64,000 nt of DNA, taken from Nitrospirales bacterium (GTDB lineage: Bacteria > Nitrospirota > Nitrospiria > Nitrospirales > UBA8639). Both the position numbers and the translations under genes were made by a program. The notes under the pieces were generated by a model. It was not told the DNA's origin, did not search any database, and saw only the letters and a list, made by a program, of their open reading frames with translations. The DNA is taken from contig CBDBCZ010000008.1 in the NCBI GenBank assembly GCA_965203295.1, positions 128,001 through 192,000 on the forward strand. Direction: 5' to 3'. Of this stretch, positions 37,701-64,000 are shown in pieces (within the stretch, counting starts at the first letter, position 1; every line of letters begins with the position of its first letter).

Positions 37701-40700
37701 GGAAATTTTCGTTCCCCGGGGAACGAAATTTCACGGTGGATCTGTTAAAAATTTTCGTTCCCCGGGGAACAGAATTTTTCGGTTGAATCAGCCGGTAATT
37801 TTCGTTCCCTGGGGAACGAAATTTCACGGTGGATCTGTAGGAAATTTTCGTTTCCAGGGGAACGGAATTTTTCGGTTGAATCAGCCGGTAATTTTCGTTC
37901 CCCGGGGAACGAAATTTCATGGTGGATCTGTTGGAAATTTTTGTTCTCCGGGGAACGAAATTTCACTGTGGATCTGTTAAAAATTTTCGTTCCCCGGAAA
38001 ACGGAATTTTTCGGTTGATCAGCCGGGAATTTTCGTTCCCCGGGGAACGAAATTTCACGGTGGATCTGTAGGAAATTTTCGTTTCCAGGGGAACGGAATT
38101 TTTCGGTTGAATCAGCCGGTAATTTTCGTTCCCCGGGGAACGAAATTTCATGGTGGATCTGTTGGAAATTTTTGTTCTCCGGGGAACGAAATTTCACGGT
38201 GGATCTGTTAAAAATTTTCGTTCCCCGGGGAACGCAATTTTTCGGTGGATCAGCTGGGAATTTTCGTTCCCCGGGGAACGAAATTTCACGGTGGATCAGT
38301 TGGAAATTTTCGTTCCCCGGGGAACGAAATTTCACGGTGGATCTGTTGGAAATTTTCGTTCCCCAGGGAACAAAATTTTTTGGTGGATCAGCCGGAAATT
38401 TCGTTCGCCGGGGAACGAAATTTCACGGTGGATCAGTTGGAAATTTTTGTTCACCGGGGAACGAAATTTCACGGTGGATCAGTTGGAAATTTTCGTTCCC
38501 CGGGGAACGAAATTTCACGGTGGATCTGTAGGAAATTTTCGTTTCCAGGGGAACGGAATTTTTCGGTTGAATCAGCCGGTAATTTTCGTTCCCCGGGGAA
38601 CGAAATTTCACGGTGGATCAGCCGGTAATTTTCGTTCCCCGGGGAATGAAATTTCACGGTGGATCTGTTGGAAATTTTGTTCCCCAGGGAACGAAATTTC
38701 ACGGTGGATCAGTTGGTAATTTTCGTTCCCCGGGGAACGAAATTTCACGGTGGATCTGTTGGAAATTTTCGTTTCCCGGGGAACGGAATTTTTCGGTTGA
38801 ATCAGCTGGTAATTTTTGTTCCCTGGGTAACGAAATTTCACGGTGGATCTGTTGGAAATTTTCGTTCCCCGGGGAACGAAATTTCACGGTGGATCTGTTA
38901 AAAATTTTCGTTCCCCGGGGAACAGAATTTTTCGGTTGAATCAGCCGGTAATTTTCGTTCCCTGGGGAACGAAATTTCACGGTGGATCTGTAGGAAATTT
39001 TCGTTTCCAGGGGAACGGAATTTTTCGGTTGAATCAGCCGGTAATTTTCGTTCCCCGGGGAACGAAATTTCATGGTGGATCTGTTGGAAATTTTTGTTCT
39101 CCGGGGAACGAAATTTCACTGTGGATCTGTTAAAAATTTTCGTTCCCCGGAAAACGGAATTTTTCGGTTGATCAGCCGGGAATTTTCGTTCCCCGGGGAA
39201 CGAAATTTCACGGTGGATCTGTAGGAAATTTTCGTTTCCAGGGGAACGGAATTTTTCGGTTGAATCAGCCGGTAATTTTCGTTCCCCGGGGAACGAAATT
39301 TCATGGTGGATCTGTTGGAAATTTTTGTTCTCCGGGGAACGAAATTTCACGGTGGATCTGTTAAAAATTTTCGTTCCCCGGGGAACGCAATTTTTCGGTG
39401 GATCAGCTGGGAATTTTCGTTCCCCGGGGAACGAAATTTCACGGTGGATCAGTTGGAAATTTTCGTTCCCCGGGGAACGAAATTTCACGGTGGATCTGTT
39501 GGAAATTTTCGTTCCCCAGGGAACAAAATTTTTTGGTGGATCAGCCGGAAATTTCGTTCGCCGGGGAACGAAATTTCACGGTGGATCAGTTGGAAATTTT
39601 TGTTCACCGGGGAACGAAATTTCACGGTGGATCAGTTGGAAATTTTCGTTCCCCGGGGAACGAAATTTCACGGTGGATCTGTAGGAAATTTTCGTTTCCA
39701 GGGGAACGGAATTTTTCGGTTGAATCAGCCGGTAATTTTCGTTCCCCGGGGAACGAAATTTCATGGTGGATCTGTTGGAAATTTTTGTTCTCCGGGGAAC
39801 GAAATTTCATGGTGCATCAGTTGGAAATTTTCGTTCCCCGGGGAACGAAATTTCACGGTGGATCTGTTGGAAATTTTCGTTCCCCAGGGAACGGAATTTT
39901 TTGGTGGATCAGCCGGAAATTTCGTTCCCCGGGGAACGAAATTTCACGGTGGATCAGTTGGAAATTTTCGTTCACCGGGGAACGAAATTTCACGGTGGAT
40001 CTGTAGGAAATTTTCGTTTCCAGGGGAACGAAATTTTTCGGTTGAATCAGCCGGTAATTTTCGTTCCCCGGGGAACGAAATTTCATGGTGGATCTGTTGG
40101 AAATTTTCGTTCTCCGGGGAACGAAATTTCATGGTGCATCAGTTGGAAATTTTCGTTCCCCGGGGAACGAAATTTCACGGTGGATCTGTTGGAAATTTTC
40201 GTTCCCCAGGGAACGGAATTTTTTGGTGGATCAGCCGGAAATTTCGTTCCCCGGGGAACGAAATTTCACGGTGGATCAGTTGGAAATTTTCGTTCACCGG
40301 GGAACGAAATTTCACGGTGGATCAGTTGGAAATTTTTGTTCCCCGGGGAACGAAATTTCACGGTGGATCTGTAGGAAATTTTCGTTTCCAGGGGAACGGA
40401 ATTTTTCGGTTGAATCAGCCGGTAATTTTCGTTCCCCGGGGAACGAAATTTCATGGTGGATCTGTTGGAAATTTTTGTTCTCCGGGGAACGAAATTTCAC
40501 GGTGGATCTGTTAAAAAATTTCGTTCCCTGGAAAACGGAATTTTTCGGTTGATCAGCCGGGAATTTTCGTTCCCCGGGGAACGAAATTTCACGGTGGATC
40601 AGTTGGAAATTTTCGTTCCCCGGGGAACGAAATTTCACGGTGGATCTGTTGGAAATTTTCGTTCCCCAGGGAACGGAATTTTTTGGTGGATCAGCCGGAA

Positions 40701-42637
40701 ATTTCGTTCCCCGGGGAACGAAATTTCACGGTGGATCAGTTGAAAATTTTCGTTCACCGGGGAACAAAATTTCACGGTGGATCAGTTGGAAATTTTTGTT
40801 CCCCGGGGAACGAAATTTCACGGTGGAATAATTTGGAAATTTTCGTTCCCCGGGAACGGAATTTTTCGGTGGATCAGCCGGGAATTTTCGTTCCCCGAGG
40901 AACGAAATTTCACGGTGGATCTGTTGGAAATTTTCGTTCCCCGGGGAACGGAATTTTTCGGTGGATCAGCCGGGAATTTTCGTTCCTCGGGGAACGAAAT
41001 TTCACGGTGGATCTGTTGGAAATTTTCATTCCCCGGGGAACGGAATTTTTCGGTGGTTCAGCCGGGAATTTTCGTTCCCCGGGGAACGAAATTTCACGGT
41101 GGATCAGTTGAAAATTTTTGTTCCCCGGGGAACGAAATTTTTCGGTTGAATCAGCCGGTAATTTTCGTTCCCCGGGGAACGAAATTTCACGGTGGATCTG
41201 TAGGAAATTTTCGTTTCCAGGGGAACGGAATTTTTCGGTTGAATCAGCCGGTAATTTTCGTTCCCCGGGGAACGAAATTTCATGGTGGATCTGTTGGAAA
41301 TTTTTGTTCTCCGGGGAACAAAATGTCACGGTGGATCTGTTAAAAATTTTCGTTCCCCGGGGAACGGAATTTTTCAGTGGATCAGCCGGGAATTTTCGTT
41401 CCCCGGGGAACAAAATTTCACGGTGGATCAGTTTGAAATTTTCGTTCCCCGGGGAACGAAATTTCACAGTGGATCTGTTGGAAATTTTCGTTCCCCAGGG
41501 AACGGAATTTTTTGGTGGATCAGCCGGAAATTTCGTTCCCCGGGGAACGAAATTTCACGGTGGATCAGTTGGAAATTTTCGTTCACCGGGGAACGAAATT
41601 TCACGGTGGATCAGTTGGAAATTTTTGTTCCCCGGGGAACGAAATTTCACGGTGGATCTGTAGGAAATTTTCGTTTCCAGGGGAACGGAATTTTTCGGTT
41701 GAATCAGCCGGTAATTTTCGTTCCCCGGGGAACGAAATTTCATGGTGGATCTGTTGGAAATTTTTGTTCTCCGGGGAACGAAATTTCACGGTGGATCTGT
41801 TGGAAATTTTCGTTCCCCAGGGAACGAAATTTTTTGGTGGATCAGCCGGAAATTTCGTTCCCCGGGGAACGAAATTTCACGGTGGATCAGTTGGAAATTT
41901 TCGTTCACCGGGGAACGATCAGTTGGAAATTTTCGTTCCCCGGGGAACGGAATTTTTCGGTGGTTCAGCCGGGAATTTTCGTTCCCCGGGGAACGAAATT
42001 TCACGGTGGATCAGTTGGAAATTTTCGTTTTCCGGGGAACGAAATTTTACGGTGGATCTGTTGGAAATTTTCGTTCCCCGAACGGAATTTTTCGGTGGAT
42101 CAGCCGGGAATTTTCGTTCCCCGGGGAACGAAATTTCACGGTGGATCAGTTGGAAATTTTTGTTCCCCGGGGAACGAAATTTCACGGTGGAATAATTTGG
42201 AAATTTTCGTTCCCCGGGGAACGGAATTTTTCGGTGGATCAGCCGAAAATTTTTGTTCCCCGAGGAACGAAATTTCACGGTGGATCTGTTGGAAATTTTC
42301 GTTCCCCGGGGAACGGAATTTTTCGGTGGATCAGCCGGGAATTTTCGTTCCCCGGGGAACGAAATTTCACGGTGGATCTGTTGGAAATTTTTGTTCCCCG
42401 GGGAACGAAATTTTTCGGTTGAATCAGCCGGTAATTTTCGTTCCCCGGGGAACGAAATTTCATGGTGGATCTGTTGAAAATTTCGTTCCCCGGGGAACGG
42501 AATTTTTCTGTGAATCAGCTGGTAATTTTCGTTCCCCGGGGAACGAAATTTCACGGTGGATCTGTTGGAAATTTTTGTTCCCCGGGCACGTAAAATCTCA
42601 GCAGGCCGTCAGGAATGTTTGTTTCCTGGGGCACGAA
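16780..42637. repeat. 46-bp palindromic satellite array, ~25.8 kb, ~560 monomers
   Basis: Monomer A GGAAATTTTCGTTCCCCGGGGAACGAAATTTCACGGTGGATCTGTT (46 bp); monomer B ...GGGGAACGGAATTTTTCGGT(G/TG)(G/A)ATCAGCCGG(G/T)AATTTTCGTTCCCC (46-47 bp). Head-to-tail throughout, with degenerate monomers at both ends. Copy number is length/46. Confidence 0.97.
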
Positions 42638-42645
42638 AGAACTCC

Positions 42646-42900
42646 ATGGCTCTTCACTGACATATATATCTCTAGCTGACTCCATACTGCATGGCTCCTC
42701 TGTAATATCTCTAGCTTACTTCATGCTATATGGCTCCTCTGAAATATCTCTAGCTTACTTCATGCTATATGGCTCCTCTGAAATATCTCTAGCTTACTTC
42801 ATGTTTTATGGCTCCTCTGAAATATCTCTAGCTTACTTCATGCTTTATGGCTCCTCACTGGCATATCTATAGCTAGCTGGCTCCATATCATACTGCATGG
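42646..42900 (+). repeat. 39-bp minisatellite ATGGCTCCTCTGAAATATCTCTAGCTTACTTCATGCTAT
   Basis: Four near-identical copies plus degenerate flanking copies, immediately right of the satellite. Confidence 0.9.
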
Positions 42901-43578
42901 CTTCGAATTCTCACTGCATTTGAGTATAAGAGTCCATGCATTTTGTGTTGCTCTAATATGCACATTCAGTGTCAGAAAGGTGTAGCTATTATGCTACAGT
43001 ATAAAGCTAAGTTGCCTTCTGGATCAGTACTAGTATGTCAGAAGCCTACACTTATATACACATTTAGCTGCGATGTTTTTAGATATAATCCACAGAGTTG
43101 ATCGAACCTTGATGCTAATACAGGCTGGGTCCTTGCAATTGCGTACTCCCCTTGTAGACTGCAATGACCACTCTATATACACTTAAGGACCTTAATTAAT
43201 GCTCAAGTTGGATAATATTGATTGAGCTCTGAGGCCATGCCAGCCAACCATGTGGTGAACCCTTCAACCATATGCTCAGCCTGTCTGTCTGGACCATAGT
43301 GCATGCCATGGGGCCTTCCTTAATTCTAAACCACCTTCTGCAGCAGAAATCCCCCCCCCCCCCACACACACACACACATTAAAGGTCACTCAGTCACAAA
43401 AGCATGATTGCGGGGTGTATGCATTAATACAAGAGTCCAAACGACATCATCATGATGACGGCGTGACAATCATGAGGTAATGAAATTATTATCAAACTCA
43501 ACAATATAGTCTACAGTATCAATCACTTCCAGTCAAGCAAATTAAATGGTGATCACTCACTCAATGGGTTACTCCAAC

Positions 43579-62851
<19,273 letters not shown>

Positions 62852-63353
62852 CTGTGGAGTGGAATGGAAGAAAAATCAACACTACCATGAGGCTTAACCT
62901 TTTTTTCTAGGAAATTAGAAAAGTGAACCCATAAGCCCACGGTACAACTCACCATGGATGACAATTCAGTTATACAAGCCAGTTGGGAAGAGGGCTGATA
63001 TAGGAACATTTAAAATTATCGACTCCCATTGCATTAGTGTTGATAAAAAGGGTGACATGTGAGTTACCTAACCATGCTTGTGCTTGTTTCATGAGGGTTA
63101 GGTTAATTATACAATATTCTGTTAGGTGCATACAAAATTGCATGCTTATAGCCCATTTCTACAATATTGCAGGGTTTCCTCGATTTTCTGGGCATGGAGT
63201 TTCTTCCATCATATACACTGTGATAATGCCTCTAACTTCTTCAGCCATGGCTATAGATATGTTATTCCTCTCCCCAGGAGGATACCTCTGTCCTACTCCT
63301 TCCAGAGTTGTGGCTGGATAGGGCAGACTTCTTGATTACTGGAGGCCATTCTA

Positions 63354-63516
63354 CAGTGGCCGAGAAGGACAAGCCACCGCGGCAGCCGCGGTCCGCGGCC
63401 TGAAGCAGCCGCGGTCGGCGGCCACATCCTGGTTTGTTGCCGCGGTCTGCAGCCACGTCCTGGCACGTGGCCGCAGACCGTGGCCACCGACCACGGCTGC
63501 TTGTCCTCGGCCACCG
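63354..63516. mobile_element. GC-rich TA-flanked MITE
   Basis: TA|CAGTGGCCGAG..GGACAAGC ... GCTTGTCCTCGGCCACCG|TA; internal GCCGCGG repeats. Confidence 0.7.
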
Positions 63517-63944
63517 TACCATTCAGCCATCAAGCTTTCAGTCAGACAGAACACACAGTCACTTCATCATGACACTGTTTCACAGTCATAGGACTACCAC
63601 TAGCTATCCTTACAGATGATTGAACACATAACTGTCTATGCTCAAAGCAATGCACTTTGTGAGTAGATCTGCTGTAGTAACCCTCATTAATATGGAATGT
63701 AATATGTCTCAAATGCTCAGCAATTTGTCCCCAAATAATCAGCAATTTTCCCAAATGCTCAGCAATGCCACCAGCTACTCATGTGTCGATCAACAAATAG
63801 TAATAGCCAGGATATAAAAGCACATTGAACGTAAAGGGCATCATAAATGTTTAGGCAGTTACCATCAAACAACCGGAAACCATAAGTCCTACTGAGCAGC
63901 GTAAACGTGCGGAACATTGTCGAGATGAAGCAACTGTGCCTGTA

Positions 63945-64000
63945 CGTGTTTTTTCTGACGGGAGCCCTGGCTGAAATGGCCTCCAGCAATAGAGTTCTGC
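63945..64000 (-). CDS. PRKDC: Candidate further upstream PRKDC exon (partial)
   Basis: Minus strand reads RTLLLEAISARAPVRKNT, loosely like the DNA-PKcs segment preceding HRD; its junction to the 62851 exon could not be resolved. Confidence 0.35.

Noticed and set aside
16780..42637. CRISPR array (palindromic repeat plus short linker)
   Set aside because: Linkers are ~15 bp and fall into two or three recurring types rather than unique spacers; no cas genes; spliced eukaryotic context.
16700..42679. Long ORFs of up to 692 aa in the satellite
   Set aside because: Monomer A has no stop codon in any plus-strand frame and 46 is not a multiple of 3, so all frames give the same cyclic peptide. Most starts are GTG/TTG, and indels shift frame freely.
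42615..42872. 85-aa ORF with SEISLAYFMLYGS repeats
   Set aside because: In-frame translation of a 39-bp minisatellite; no splice or homology support.
63262..63619. GC-rich short ORFs near the window end
   Set aside because: They coincide with a TA-flanked GC-rich MITE.

Overview
Eukaryotic, intron-rich animal DNA. The MITE families, intron style and TRIM-NHL gene suggest a non-bilaterian, probably a demosponge (inference only). Left to right: (1) the 3' part of a Cys-rich (furin-like/EGF-like) single-pass membrane protein gene (+, <1-3056); (2) a small six-exon minus-strand gene missed by the ORF track, whose product joins an animal mL42/MRPL42-like motif to a fungal mL58/MrpL20-like helical domain (4304-~7002, start unresolved); (3) a complete 8-exon YwrD-type gamma-glutamyltransferase (+, 7689-15852, 569 aa) with (4) a single-coding-exon RING-Bbox-Bbox-CC-filamin-NHL TRIM gene nested antisense in its last intron; (5) a ~25.8 kb tandem satellite of a 46-bp monomer built on a 22-bp perfect palindrome, with higher-order repeats and template-switch inversions; (6) 40 phase-consistent 3' exons of PRKDC/DNA-PKcs (-, 43579->62851, continuing past the window). 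Introns carry many MITEs, fold-back elements, a tRNA-derived element and mini/microsatellites. All ORF-track ORFs in the satellite and in CA repeats are treated as artefacts. All family assignments are from motif recognition by eye, not database searches.
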